IMG/VR virus record: IMGVR_UViG_3300019874_000001
Span: 1 to 40,176 of that record
Source of the DNA: a virus
Taxonomy: Duplodnaviria; Caudoviricetes
Reading direction: 5' to 3' (one strand)
DNA length: 40,176 nucleotides
The notes beneath the pieces are model-generated. The model saw only the letters and a list, made by a program, of their open reading frames with translations, was not told the origin of the DNA and made no database searches. Positions within the stretch are counted from its first letter, which is position 1, and every line of letters starts with the position of its first letter. The position numbers and the translations under genes were made by a program. This document shows, in pieces, positions 7,961-16,617 of this stretch.

Positions 7961-8470
7961 ATGAATAAAAGCAATACACGTTATTCTTATCTTTCATATG
8001 AAGAAAAGCTTTTCATTAAAGAAGAATTACTTAAACAAGAAAACATGTGGGCTATATGCTTAAAGCTAAAAAGATCGCATAGCACTATTACGCAAGAAGT
8101 TAATCGCCATGGAGGGATTCACAATTATGATCCCCTGCTATCCAAGCGAAAATTAGGCACAGGAATTCCTGTAACTTGTCAAGATAAGTTAATGATTAAG
8201 TCTTTAATAGACCAGGGTTTAAACGCTTCAAGTATTGCTACTAAAATGAATAGATCTCATAACACTATCAGAGGCGAAATCAACCGTAATGGAGGAATTA
8301 AGAATTACAATCCTAAGATTGTAGACTTATCGCCTGTAAGAGCTACACAATTAGCTTTTCCTTTATTTGATAGCAAAGAAAATGAAAGAATACAAACATT
8401 AGAAAACAAAATAGCTTCAATAGAAATGCAACTAGATATTTTAATTGATAAAATAAGAGAAATACAATGA
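7961..8470 (+). CDS. Tandem IS30-like HTH DNA-binding protein with C-terminal coiled coil
   Basis: Two repeats, LKRSHSTITQEVNRHGG and MNRSHNTIRGEINRNGG; no DDE domain. Confidence 0.7.
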   Translation: MNKSNTRYSYLSYEEKLFIKEELLKQENMWAICLKLKRSHSTITQEVNRHGGIHNYDPLLSKRKLGTGIPVTCQDKLMIKSLIDQGLNASSIATKMNRSHNTIRGEINRNGGIKNYNPKIVDLSPVRATQLAFPLFDSKENERIQTLENKIASIEMQLDILIDKIREIQ

Positions 8471-9198
8471 TACAAAAAACGAAAGACTACTTTAAGTTTA
8501 ATAAGCTTAATGCTAATAGAGTACAAATCTTACCTAGACACGTTCAAGCTTTGAAGGCTTCGATACTTCAAAGAAATATGCTAGACATGCGGCCTATCAT
8601 CGTTAACTCGAAATTTGAGGTAATGGATGGCAATCACAGGCTAGAAGCAGCTAAACAGCTTGGAATAGATATCTACTACACTATAGACGATAAATCCACT
8701 ATACAAGACTTGCTTTTAGTGAACGTTGTACGCCGTTGGACTCTGGACGATTATTTTAATTACTATTGTGAGGAAAAATATCCCGAATACCTGAAGCTTA
8801 AAGAGTTCATAAACAAAAATGATATAAAGTTAGGCAATGCTATTGCCTACTGCACGCAGTCAAACGCCAGAACGGATTTCTATCAAGGAAGATTTAAGTT
8901 TGAGAGCTTCGGAAATGTGGAGACAATCCAAAGAATCAAAGAAACTATTAATTTTGTAAAGAGACTCAAGATGGGCTGTAATATGAGTTACACAAATACC
9001 ATTAAGTTTTGGAGGCCTATCAAGCTTCTTTTCTCTCATAATTCTTTCTCTTTTGATAAATGGATGAAGAATTTAGAGCTTAACATAAGTACCTTTGGGC
9101 CTAGGGGTACTACGATGCAATACGTTGAACTCTTTGAGAAAATATACAATTACCATAACAGAGAGCGCATAAAACTGAATCAGGATGATTTAGAATAA
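8467..9198 (+). CDS. ParB/Srx N-terminal domain protein
   Basis: PIIVN...VMDGNHRLEAAKQLG motif. Confidence 0.85.
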   Translation: MIQKTKDYFKFNKLNANRVQILPRHVQALKASILQRNMLDMRPIIVNSKFEVMDGNHRLEAAKQLGIDIYYTIDDKSTIQDLLLVNVVRRWTLDDYFNYYCEEKYPEYLKLKEFINKNDIKLGNAIAYCTQSNARTDFYQGRFKFESFGNVETIQRIKETINFVKRLKMGCNMSYTNTIKFWRPIKLLFSHNSFSFDKWMKNLELNISTFGPRGTTMQYVELFEKIYNYHNRERIKLNQDDLE

Positions 9199-9221
9199 AA
9201 ATGAGGGCTGGGAAGCCCTCA
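9195..9221 (-). terminator. Intrinsic terminator facing leftward transcription
   Basis: 8-bp stem TGAGGGCT/AGCCCTCA with a T tract only on the minus strand. Confidence 0.5.
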
Positions 9222-9297
9222 CCGAGTTGCTATCATGAAAAACTTAACACTTTGGAAGATATGAAAGATAAATATTATAAACAAGTGAGATAATCTC

Positions 9298-9603
9298 GTG
9301 CTAAGTGAAAGAGTTAAACATTCTTTACGCCTCAACTGGGGCGATAAAGCCGAAGCGATGGATTGCTTTGCTGAAGTAAAGTTTATTGATGAATCTTCCG
9401 ATTGGCAATGCTATATATATGCCTTAGATGAAGATGAAGATGCTATAAAGTGTCTCATAGTGCATTACCCTTGTAGCTGTTTAATAGTTACTTGGTCTTT
9501 GCAGGAGCTTTATAGCTTTTACAATACTCAAGGAGAGTTGCCTATAGTGGATAGTGAATACAGACGAATGAAAGTTTCAGAACTCTATAAAAGGCTTATA
9601 TGA
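9298..9603 (+). CDS. DUF2958-like protein
   Basis: VKF...S.W..YI....D and WSLQEL pattern; GTG start. Confidence 0.5.
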   Translation: MLSERVKHSLRLNWGDKAEAMDCFAEVKFIDESSDWQCYIYALDEDEDAIKCLIVHYPCSCLIVTWSLQELYSFYNTQGELPIVDSEYRRMKVSELYKRLI

Positions 9604-9809
9604 CTCCTGAAGAAATACAAGAAATTAGAAAAATGCTGTGTGTATCGCAAGAAAAGTTTGCTCAACTTTTGGGTGCTACCGTAGTAACCGTTAACCGCTG
9701 GGAGAATGGTAAAAATTCTCCCTCAAGGCTTTATATTAAAGAACTCAAAGAACTAAGGGATAAAAGTGGATCTTACATATGTAGACGCGAAGAGCTTAAA
9801 GAGTCTTGA
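9600..9809 (+). CDS. XRE/Cro-family HTH regulator
   Basis: IRKMLCVSQEKFAQLLGATVVTVNRWENGKNSP. Confidence 0.9.
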   Translation: MTPEEIQEIRKMLCVSQEKFAQLLGATVVTVNRWENGKNSPSRLYIKELKELRDKSGSYICRREELKES

Positions 9810-10098
9810 AGATTATGCAGTAGCCTTAGTCACTGGCATGTTATCTTTAAAGACTCTCGAAGCCTTTCATATCAAGGCTGTAGACTTAGGCATACTCTCT
9901 GAAGATATGTCATGTAGAGCTAACACAATCATCTGGGATCTTAGGAGAGATATTAAGCTCTATAAAGACCAATTAGAAAGCGTTTTAGAGCTCGTCCCCG
10001 ATGACTTTAACGCCAATACGATCATTGAGTCGCTTAAGAAGCTAGAGCTCACTAAAGCACGCTCTATGACAAGGAAGGCCAAGAAATGCGATACGTAA
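9766..10098 (+). CDS. Hypothetical protein
   Basis: ORF in operon. Confidence 0.6.
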   Translation: MDLTYVDAKSLKSLEDYAVALVTGMLSLKTLEAFHIKAVDLGILSEDMSCRANTIIWDLRRDIKLYKDQLESVLELVPDDFNANTIIESLKKLELTKARSMTRKAKKCDT

Positions 10099-10814
10099 TA
10101 TTTAGTAGAGTATCCAGCGATCAGCAATTAGATGAAAGCCAGTTATTCATGTGTAGAGAGTATATAAACTCTGTAAAAAAAGAAGGCGATGAAATCATTG
10201 AATTCAATGAGCCTCCTACGAGTACGAGACTTAAAATGGAAGATAGAGAAGTGCTTGTGTCTATGTTAAAATTTCTGAAGAAAGGAGATACATTAGTTGT
10301 TTTCTGCCTTACTAGGCTTGCTCGAACAGGCACCGAGCTTGTTAAAATTTACGAAGATCAGATAACCAACAAAAAAGCTATATTGCACTCTATCGCTCAG
10401 CCTAAAGTAGATAAGAACTTCATTCACCTCTATGCAATGATAGGAGAGATGGCAAGGGATACTATAAGCGCTAATACAAAAGCTGGACTCCTTAGCAAAC
10501 AGTCTAAAATGGAGAAGGTGGGAACCTGTTGGTATGGCTATACTACAGATCCCTCAAAGCTTCAAACTAGGGAGAATGTTCGCTCAACCGGAAAGCCATA
10601 TATTCTGATCCCTCAAGAAAAAGAGTCGCAGCAGGTCGCTCTGATGGTAGAATTGAGTCATTTAGGCTACAATTACCAGCAAATAGCGAACGAACTTGAG
10701 AATAGAGGCTATAAGAACCGAAAGGGTAATCCTGTGCACAAAATGACGGTATATCGGACTCTTCGCCGTCTAAGAAAGCTGTGTCCAATTCCCAAGGAGT
10801 TAGCTTTTGCGTAG
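10086..10814 (+). CDS. Serine recombinase (resolvase catalytic domain plus short recombinase DNA-binding domain)
   Basis: SRVSSDQQ catalytic Ser, GDTLVV..LTRLAR, WYGY, QIANELENRGYKNRKG. Confidence 0.9.
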   Translation: MRYVIFSRVSSDQQLDESQLFMCREYINSVKKEGDEIIEFNEPPTSTRLKMEDREVLVSMLKFLKKGDTLVVFCLTRLARTGTELVKIYEDQITNKKAILHSIAQPKVDKNFIHLYAMIGEMARDTISANTKAGLLSKQSKMEKVGTCWYGYTTDPSKLQTRENVRSTGKPYILIPQEKESQQVALMVELSHLGYNYQQIANELENRGYKNRKGNPVHKMTVYRTLRRLRKLCPIPKELAFA

Positions 10815-11208
10815 TCTCGTGAATCCAGATAATAGTTTTAGGGCTTGCGTCATACACTTTCATACAAGGGCCAAGAGAAACTTTTTGGTCGCCTTGTATA
10901 ATTATGCCATCTAAGCAATCGAGATATAGTTTAACTAAATTATCTACATCTGGTTTCTTGTCGTGTTTTAACATACTAGAATTATATAACTCTACATCTC
11001 TTTTTCTTATGCTTTTAGGTATAGGCATATGAAATAAAAACGATATGCGTGGGAAGTTAAAGTTAATATCAAGCCTTTGCTTTTCGAGGAATAATCGAAT
11101 ATCTTTCTTCTCTTTTGCTCTAGGGTCGTAAGTGTTAACAAAGCCTCTTATGTTACTATGCTTCATTCGCGCTTGGGGGACAGGAATGCCAGGGATGATT
11201 ATTTTCAT
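10567..11208 (-). CDS. rusA: RusA-family Holliday junction resolvase with C-terminal extension
   Basis: IPG.PVPQAR N-terminus; KPDVDNLVK..LDCLDG...GDQKV catalytic motif. Confidence 0.9.
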   Translation of the reverse strand: MKIIIPGIPVPQARMKHSNIRGFVNTYDPRAKEKKDIRLFLEKQRLDINFNFPRISFLFHMPIPKSIRKRDVELYNSSMLKHDKKPDVDNLVKLYLDCLDGIIIQGDQKVSLGPCMKVYDASPKTIIWIHETTQKLTPWELDTAFLDGEESDIPSFCAQDYPFGSYSLYSQVRSLFAGNCSLNDSILPSERPAATLFLEGSEYMAFRLSEHSP

Positions 11209-11444
11209 TGTATATCTTCCTGGGCAGCTCTAAGTCCTACTATGCGTTTTACTGCTTTGCCTAATTTCGTCTCATCTTCCATTTCTTGTTTTAAATCCAT
11301 CCATACATCGAGCTGAGCAATGAGAAAGACGCTTAATATCAAACTCTCTTCGGCAAATTGATATATATAATCCGCATCAATATGATTTTTAATCCAATCA
11401 ATATTTGCAAAAAACTTAGTCTCTACTTCCTCATTCATGGGCAT
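11205..11444 (-). CDS. Hypothetical protein
   Basis: Coupled ORF. Confidence 0.6.
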   Translation of the reverse strand: MPMNEEVETKFFANIDWIKNHIDADYIYQFAEESLILSVFLIAQLDVWMDLKQEMEDETKLGKAVKRIVGLRAAQEDIQ

Positions 11445-11619
11445 ACTCTCTTAAGCTTTTGACTTCAAAGTAGACGTGAAAGCCGTCGATATCTTCTTCC
11501 TGGTAAACACGTATCACTTCTTTGCCATTTTTGCCATATAGATTGGCTTTAGTAATGAGATAGTGAAGATCGCCTATGCTTAATTTATCTTTGTAAGTGA
11601 TAGCGTGTTCGTTAATCAT
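11431..11619 (-). CDS. Hypothetical protein
   Basis: ORF with AGGA RBS. Confidence 0.6.
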   Translation of the reverse strand: MINEHAITYKDKLSIGDLHYLITKANLYGKNGKEVIRVYQEEDIDGFHVYFEVKSLREYAHE

Positions 11620-11625
11620 AAAATC

Positions 11626-11916
11626 CTAAAATGGTAAATCTTGGTTGATAGATTTATTTTCCCATGAGCGTTTTTCCAGAAAGTCTCTAATGTCTTTTTC
11701 CATAAAACTAGAGTCCATCATAAAGCCTTCATAGTAAACTTTGCTGCCATTTTTGCTTATGCTTGTAGAGATAACCGACCAAAATTTGCCACCATTTTTG
11801 GCTTGCTTGCGTACATAAGCTACGCGATATTTATCATCTAGGCAGAGATATACCAGCTCCTGGGTATATTGATCTTCCGGGAAGTATTCATGGCTTACGA
11901 ACTTGATATTAGACAT
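11626..11916 (-). CDS. Possible ssDNA-binding protein
   Basis: SSB-like C-terminal DLPF tail, beta-rich KNGGKFW segment, position in the replication operon. Confidence 0.45.
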   Translation of the reverse strand: MSNIKFVSHEYFPEDQYTQELVYLCLDDKYRVAYVRKQAKNGGKFWSVISTSISKNGSKVYYEGFMMDSSFMEKDIRDFLEKRSWENKSINQDLPF

Positions 11917-11923
11917 AGGTTTC

Positions 11924-12745
11924 CTATATTTTTATTGGTTTTCTTCGATCTTTTCCTTCGTATTCGAATAGCACTCCGGTATTAATTCTACTGGAAAGTG
12001 CTTCTCCGCAAACGATAGAGAAATCTTTATTGTTAAGATTAGTATTGATAATAGTTCCCTTATCGCTCCATTGCATACGAGAATTAATTAAATCCATAAG
12101 AAACTTCATGAAAGATGGCGAAATTTCTCCCGTTGCAAAGTCATCTATGACTAGTAAACAACAAGTCTTAACTCGATGAATAAAATTAAAATAATCATCG
12201 CTTTTAAAAGTATGCAGCCAACGCTCATGGAGTTGAGTTTGAGTGCAAAAGATGCAAGATGAGTCTTTACGAGTAAAGAATTCGCATACGCCTAAACAAG
12301 CATAAGTCTTTCCCGTTCCAGGAGCGCCTTTCATGAAAATAATGCCATAAGGCTTTAGAGCAAATTTAAGCAAATAGGCCAATTTTGAGTTAGATTGTTG
12401 TATTTTCTCAAACTTAACGTCATGATGCATATCGCCAATACCGCTTATTTCGCAAAATAAGGCCCATTCCAGCTCTCTTATTGATGGGGGAGCTATGTCG
12501 GTATTGCTCGAGTTTTTTGGAAGCCTGGAAGCCTTGCAAACGCTTCCACACATCCAGACCCTTCGGTCTTTGTCGATCATTGCCATAAAAAAGTCCTCGC
12601 TTCCGCAGAAAGGACAGCTCATTTCTTGGGAATACCTAGGGGGATCAATAGGCTTATACCCTTCGCTACTGGCATAAAAATGCACAAGCTTGTTGTCGCT
12701 TTGAAGCGGTATCTCTTTTTTAACCAAGTCACTCATGGATTTCAT
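11924..12745 (-). CDS. DnaC/IstB-like AAA+ helicase loader with N-terminal Zn finger
   Basis: Walker A GAPGTGKT, Walker B LLVIDD, TIINTNL, GKDRR; follows the initiator gene. Confidence 0.9.
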   Translation of the reverse strand: MKSMSDLVKKEIPLQSDNKLVHFYASSEGYKPIDPPRYSQEMSCPFCGSEDFFMAMIDKDRRVWMCGSVCKASRLPKNSSNTDIAPPSIRELEWALFCEISGIGDMHHDVKFEKIQQSNSKLAYLLKFALKPYGIIFMKGAPGTGKTYACLGVCEFFTRKDSSCIFCTQTQLHERWLHTFKSDDYFNFIHRVKTCCLLVIDDFATGEISPSFMKFLMDLINSRMQWSDKGTIINTNLNNKDFSIVCGEALSSRINTGVLFEYEGKDRRKPIKI

Positions 12746-13698
12746 ATGGCTCTCTTCTGCATTTCTTCCATGATTTCAAAAGCTCTTTGATCGTTAGAGC
12801 TAGGGGCAAATCTTCGAGGTTTAGCGGCAGGCTTCGGGAGCATTTGATTTTTAAACTGTAAGTATTGATCTCTTAGGTATTTAGCTGGATTAGTTTTAGG
12901 CTTAAGCATCTTAGGCTTCCAAAAGGAATCCGAGAGAGCCCAATTGAGAATATCCAAGAGCTTAGATGGCTCTCGTTGGTCATTCCTAAGCATTAAGTCA
13001 ACAGCCGTAAGTATAGGCGCTAGGTTCTTAGGGGGGAAATATTCAGGCTCATGCTTCTGGATTGTTTGTATTAACTTATTCCCGAAGTCTTGGACTTCTT
13101 CAGAGAATTCGGCTTTAGGCTTTATGATTTTCTTATCGGCAGCTTTAGCTGCCAGCGGTTCCTCTGGAACCTTTAAGGAGGTTCCCTTTCTTTGAGATAG
13201 TATTTCTTGAGATGGTACTTCTTTATATAGTACTTCTTTAGTGAACTGACCATCAGGATACTGATGTTCAGGATACTGATGTTCAGTTTCCTGATAATCA
13301 GTACATCGTAAACTCTTTTTGAATTTTGGAGTGCTGGCTACTGTGTACTTATAGCCCTTAAGCTTTCCCTTACCTTTCTTCATAGGTCGCATTACGATAT
13401 CTCTGCGAATATACCCAGCAGTAATGGCTTCATTGAGAATTTTTCGCATAGAGTCACGACCGAAGAATTTTTTATTCATCTCTGCGAGTTGATGGAACTT
13501 GATAGTCCATCCAGGCTTGTTGCCTATGAGATAAGTTATCAGCCATCTACAGTTTGGTGAGATCGTTGAATCGCGGATTAAGTCATTAGGAACGATGGTA
13601 TATTTAAACGTTTCCTCTCCTTGATCGAGAGAAATATTATCAAATTCATCTTCTTCGTTGACGGGTAAAGTTTCATTTGCTAAGCTATGATTATTCAT
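12742..13698 (-). CDS. Phage replication initiator (O-like, N-terminal wHTH)
   Basis: YTIVPNDLIRD..IS...WL..YL....GW and EAITAGYI pattern; internal iterons; adjacent loader. Confidence 0.8.
   Translation of the reverse strand: MNNHSLANETLPVNEEDEFDNISLDQGEETFKYTIVPNDLIRDSTISPNCRWLITYLIGNKPGWTIKFHQLAEMNKKFFGRDSMRKILNEAITAGYIRRDIVMRPMKKGKGKLKGYKYTVASTPKFKKSLRCTDYQETEHQYPEHQYPDGQFTKEVLYKEVPSQEILSQRKGTSLKVPEEPLAAKAADKKIIKPKAEFSEEVQDFGNKLIQTIQKHEPEYFPPKNLAPILTAVDLMLRNDQREPSKLLDILNWALSDSFWKPKMLKPKTNPAKYLRDQYLQFKNQMLPKPAAKPRRFAPSSNDQRAFEIMEEMQKRAI
13200..13301. repeat. Putative replication origin: 15-bp-period iterons plus AT-rich 15-mers
   Basis: TCAG-N4-CTGA at 13253, 13268 and 13283 (degenerate at 13238, 13298); GTA(C/T)TTCTT at 13200, 13215 and 13230. 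Confidence 0.7.
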
Positions 13699-13743
13699 TA
13701 TAGCTCTCCTTGGGGTTCAGATTTTAAGCGTCTGGACCCTTTT

Positions 13744-14043
13744 TCATTTGGTCTCATCTCTTTTTCTCCTTGCATAGTTTTTGTAATAATCTGGGTACTT
13801 TTCTTTAAACTTACGGCGGTACTCCGCAAATTTCTCTTTATTTTTGGCATAGTACTCAAGCATGTACGAGCGTTTTTCATCGTTGTCTACGTATCTATGC
13901 TTCCAAGCTTCTGAGCTTTTCTGGTACTTAACATTTTTGGTGATTGTGCATCTTTTGCACTCACTGCGCCATTTGCCTTGGCACATGTAGAAATCCATGT
14001 GTGTAATTTTAGACTCATGGCACTTACTGCATGTCTTGTTCAC
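13744..14043 (-). CDS. Zn-finger basic protein (resembles N-termini of HNH/EndoVII proteins, no nuclease domain)
   Basis: KTCSKC...SECKRC; GTG start at 14043 with GGAGG RBS. Confidence 0.6.
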   Translation of the reverse strand: MNKTCSKCHESKITHMDFYMCQGKWRSECKRCTITKNVKYQKSSEAWKHRYVDNDEKRSYMLEYYAKNKEKFAEYRRKFKEKYPDYYKNYARRKRDETK

Positions 14044-14317
14044 ATTTCCCTCCGCAGTAAAAAGTGCCGACTGAGTCTTCTTGTTCCCCTTGCATCTTGA
14101 CGAGTATATATTCAGGTGTTTCGGTGCTAATGATAAACCCAAGAGTCTCTAGCAATCGCAATATAGGGAAATCGGGGGTCTTTAAGCCAAAGATGGACCC
14201 ATGCCTGTGACTTATATCGCATAGATCAAGCCAAAGCGTAGCTGCTTGCGCACTTCTTTTAGCGATCAAGGAAAAGCAACTATCGCAACATAGTCCAGGC
14301 TTACTCATCTTCATCAA
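14024..14317 (-). CDS. Hypothetical protein (possible wHTH)
   Basis: LRLLETLGFI helix-wing pattern. Confidence 0.6.
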   Translation of the reverse strand: MMKMSKPGLCCDSCFSLIAKRSAQAATLWLDLCDISHRHGSIFGLKTPDFPILRLLETLGFIISTETPEYILVKMQGEQEDSVGTFYCGGKCEQDMQ

Positions 14318-14603
14318 TTGCCGCCAAAGTTATGGAAATTCCGTTATTGAAGGGGTGCCATTCGAGTAAATTCTCTAGAGCAAGCTTTCTTACGTTGTTT
14401 TTAAACTTGCACCATTTTTCAGACATGTCGATTTCTACAAGTTGTTTACTGAAAAAAACTTTACCATCATGGTCGGATCTATTTATGCATTGAAGATATA
14501 CCCAAAGAGCTTCTGGGCAGTGGCGAGAGATTCTGTCTAGAACCTCTTGTGATGTTATTGTATATAGATCCATTGTCCCCCAAAAGAACTTTACTCTGGA
14601 CAT
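14301..14603 (-). CDS. Hypothetical protein (possible wHTH), first gene of the replication operon
   Basis: ALWVYL...RKLALENLLEW pattern. Confidence 0.65.
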   Translation of the reverse strand: MSRVKFFWGTMDLYTITSQEVLDRISRHCPEALWVYLQCINRSDHDGKVFFSKQLVEIDMSEKWCKFKNNVRKLALENLLEWHPFNNGISITLAAIDEDE

Positions 14604-14712
14604 ATACCTTGCTGTATATTAAGCTAACACCTACATATTCCTGGCAAGGTTTTGTAGGTTCTCTGTTGTTGAGATTGTTAGCAGCAGCTTAATCTACAGA
14701 AGATATATGTCC
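14599..14712 (-). promoter_or_regulatory. Long leader hairpin sequestering RBS and ATG of 14301..14603
   Basis: Nested pairings GGACAUAUAUCUU/AAGGUAUAUGUCC, CUGUA/UACAG, AUUAAGCU/AGCUUAAU, ACCUACA/UGUAGGU. Confidence 0.7.
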
Positions 14713-14713
14713 T

Positions 14714-14742
14714 GCTCGAGGTTCGCCTCGGGCTTTTTTTTT
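14714..14742 (+). terminator. Intrinsic terminator
   Basis: GCTCGAGG-TTCG-CCTCGGGC followed by T9. Confidence 0.8.
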
Positions 14743-14832
14743 AACAAAGTAAGTTATTTCTTTATTCTTGTCATTCAGTTTCAACTTTTCGTCTGTCAAA
14801 GCTTTATTTAACATAAAATCTCAAAAAATAAC

Positions 14833-14861
14833 TTGTCATAGGCAGATTAGTCTGCTAGCTT
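14833..14861 (+). promoter_or_regulatory. Promoter of the recombination operon with a palindrome in the spacer
   Basis: TTGTCA-17-TAGCTT, extended -10; GCAGA-TTAG-TCTGC at 14842..14855. Confidence 0.5.
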
Positions 14862-14911
14862 GAGTTAAAATAAATATTTAAATCTTAAGTAACTCAAACA
14901 AACTTTACTAC

Positions 14912-15460
14912 GTGGAAGACAAAAAAACTACAGAAAACTTCACGAGAGTAACAAGCGTATTATATCCCTTCAGCGGATTAGATAAAATAGACCCAGCAAT
15001 TGTTGCCCATGCAGGAGAGAGAGGCACTAAAGTTCATAAGATTTGCGAGGGTATAATTTCCGGCCTAGGAGAACTTGGAGTAGAAGATGAAACTCGGGGC
15101 TATGTAGAGTCTTTTAAGCAATGGTGGGCTCTAGGCCATCAAGTTATCTCTATGGAACAGCGTTTCTGGTGCCATAAATTGAAGATAACCGGCCAGGTTG
15201 ACCTTATACTTCAAACTCCAGATGGGCTCGCTATAGCCGATTTAAAGACCTCTAGCAAAGAATCCCCGACATGGGCTGTTCAAGGTGCCGCTTATGCCTA
15301 CCTAGCAAAACTCAGCGGCTTTGACATAAAGAAAATATATTTCATTCATCTCAACAAGCATGGCAAGGAAGCTAAAGTTTACGAATACCCTGTAGATGAT
15401 GATTTTTTTTTCGCCATATTAAGAACATGGCAACACTTCTATCAAAGGAATAAACAATGA
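14912..15460 (+). CDS. PD-(D/E)XK (Cas4/RecB-like) exonuclease
   Basis: RVTSVL, RGTKVH, GQVDLI, IADLKTS, QGAAY motifs. Confidence 0.85.
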   Translation: MEDKKTTENFTRVTSVLYPFSGLDKIDPAIVAHAGERGTKVHKICEGIISGLGELGVEDETRGYVESFKQWWALGHQVISMEQRFWCHKLKITGQVDLILQTPDGLAIADLKTSSKESPTWAVQGAAYAYLAKLSGFDIKKIYFIHLNKHGKEAKVYEYPVDDDFFFAILRTWQHFYQRNKQ

Positions 15461-16047
15461 GTCAATCTGAGCAAATTAAAGACCTCGTAGCTGCCTTAGC
15501 TAAAGCGCAAGCAGTGATGAAGCCGGCAATCTATAACAAAATCAATCCACACTTCAAAAGTCGCTATGCAGATTTCTCTTCTTGCATGGATGCTTGCAGA
15601 TTGCCTCTAGCAGAAAATGGTTTAGCTATTATCCAATCCTGCGAAACTATCGACGGCAAGCTCAATCTTGTCTCTATGCTTGCGCATATCTCAGGCCAAT
15701 GGATGAAGTCGGAGTTTCCTATCATTACCACAAAGATGGACTCTCAGGGCATCGGTTCAGCAATGACGTACGCTAAGCGCTATAGCCTATGCGGACTCAT
15801 TGGCATAGTAGCTGACGAAGAAGGCGATGATGATGGCGAAGCGGCTGTAGGAAGACCTAAGCAGGAAGTTAACCTACTGCCTTCTCTGTTGCAAATGTTT
15901 GATCCTAGCGACAAAGAGCTAGTGAAGGAATATATCAGTGAAGTCAAAAAACTCTTCAACTGGACCGAGCAAGAGACAATAAAGAAATTCCTTGATGAGA
16001 AAGAAATTTTAATTAAATTCAACACCTGGAAAACCAAAAGGAACTAA
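15457..16047 (+). CDS. erf: ERF-family ssDNA annealing protein
   Basis: NPHFKSRYAD and QGIGSAMTYAKRYSL...DDDGE. Confidence 0.9.
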   Translation: MSQSEQIKDLVAALAKAQAVMKPAIYNKINPHFKSRYADFSSCMDACRLPLAENGLAIIQSCETIDGKLNLVSMLAHISGQWMKSEFPIITTKMDSQGIGSAMTYAKRYSLCGLIGIVADEEGDDDGEAAVGRPKQEVNLLPSLLQMFDPSDKELVKEYISEVKKLFNWTEQETIKKFLDEKEILIKFNTWKTKRN

Positions 16048-16049
16048 GC

Positions 16050-16265
16050 ATGTTTGATAAGAATAACCTTATTCTAGGCATCTCTATCACTGTCTTCATA
16101 TGGATAGTTGCCATCATCATAGGGATGCTTTGCACTTCTTGCACTTACTCTATCACTATGGTACATACCGAAGGGCAAGCTAGTGACGTAGTAGACGAGA
16201 CAGCTACTAATACCCCAAGCACAAGTGTTTCAGTTCCAGTAAGCATTATCCCTAAACCCTTGTAA
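16050..16265 (+). CDS. Small predicted lipoprotein
   Basis: Hydrophobic signal followed by a lipobox-like LCTSC. Confidence 0.55.
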   Translation: MFDKNNLILGISITVFIWIVAIIIGMLCTSCTYSITMVHTEGQASDVVDETATNTPSTSVSVPVSIIPKPL

Positions 16266-16278
16266 ATCCGCTTTACAT
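16260..16278. repeat. 19-bp repeat with palindromic core, copy 1
   Basis: TTGTAAATCCGCTTTACAT, identical at 26561..26579. Confidence 0.8.
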
Positions 16279-16591
16279 GAGAGAGAAAAAATGCTGCAAC
16301 TGCGAAAGATGGTACATAGGCGAGGGAGTGAAAGGATTCTGCACCTCTGAATGTTTTTACAAAGTCGAATATTCAAAGATTCATCAATGTAAACCCAAAA
16401 GAGTAGAAAAGCCAAAGAGTGCGCTCGTTAAGAAAAGAAGAACCCCTCTGGCTGAGATAAATGCTAATTGGATAGAAAAGCCTTATATTAAAGAACCTGC
16501 TTCAAAGCATAAAATCCAAGAGAAGATGGAATGGAAACGTACATATCCTGAGCCCTCTTGCATGAAGAAATTTAAGGCCTGTAGAGGTTAA
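16277..16591 (+). CDS. Basic Zn-finger hypothetical protein
   Basis: CCNC...FCTSEC. Confidence 0.55.
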   Translation: MREKKCCNCERWYIGEGVKGFCTSECFYKVEYSKIHQCKPKRVEKPKSALVKKRRTPLAEINANWIEKPYIKEPASKHKIQEKMEWKRTYPEPSCMKKFKACRG

Positions 16592-16617
16592 TTTGCCTAA
16601 AAATAAATGGAGTAAAT

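Noticed and set aside
7961-8470. IS30 insertion sequence
   Set aside because: No DDE domain and no terminal inverted repeats seen; the gene is embedded in an operon.
13238-13301. CRISPR array
   Set aside because: 15-bp tandem units without spacers inside a CDS; no cas operon. The Cas4-like nuclease is paired with ERF.
14806-14833. dif-like site (ATTTAACATAA equals the XerD arm)
   Set aside because: No XerC-like arm across the 6-bp spacer, and an AT-rich 11-mer can arise by chance in this genome.
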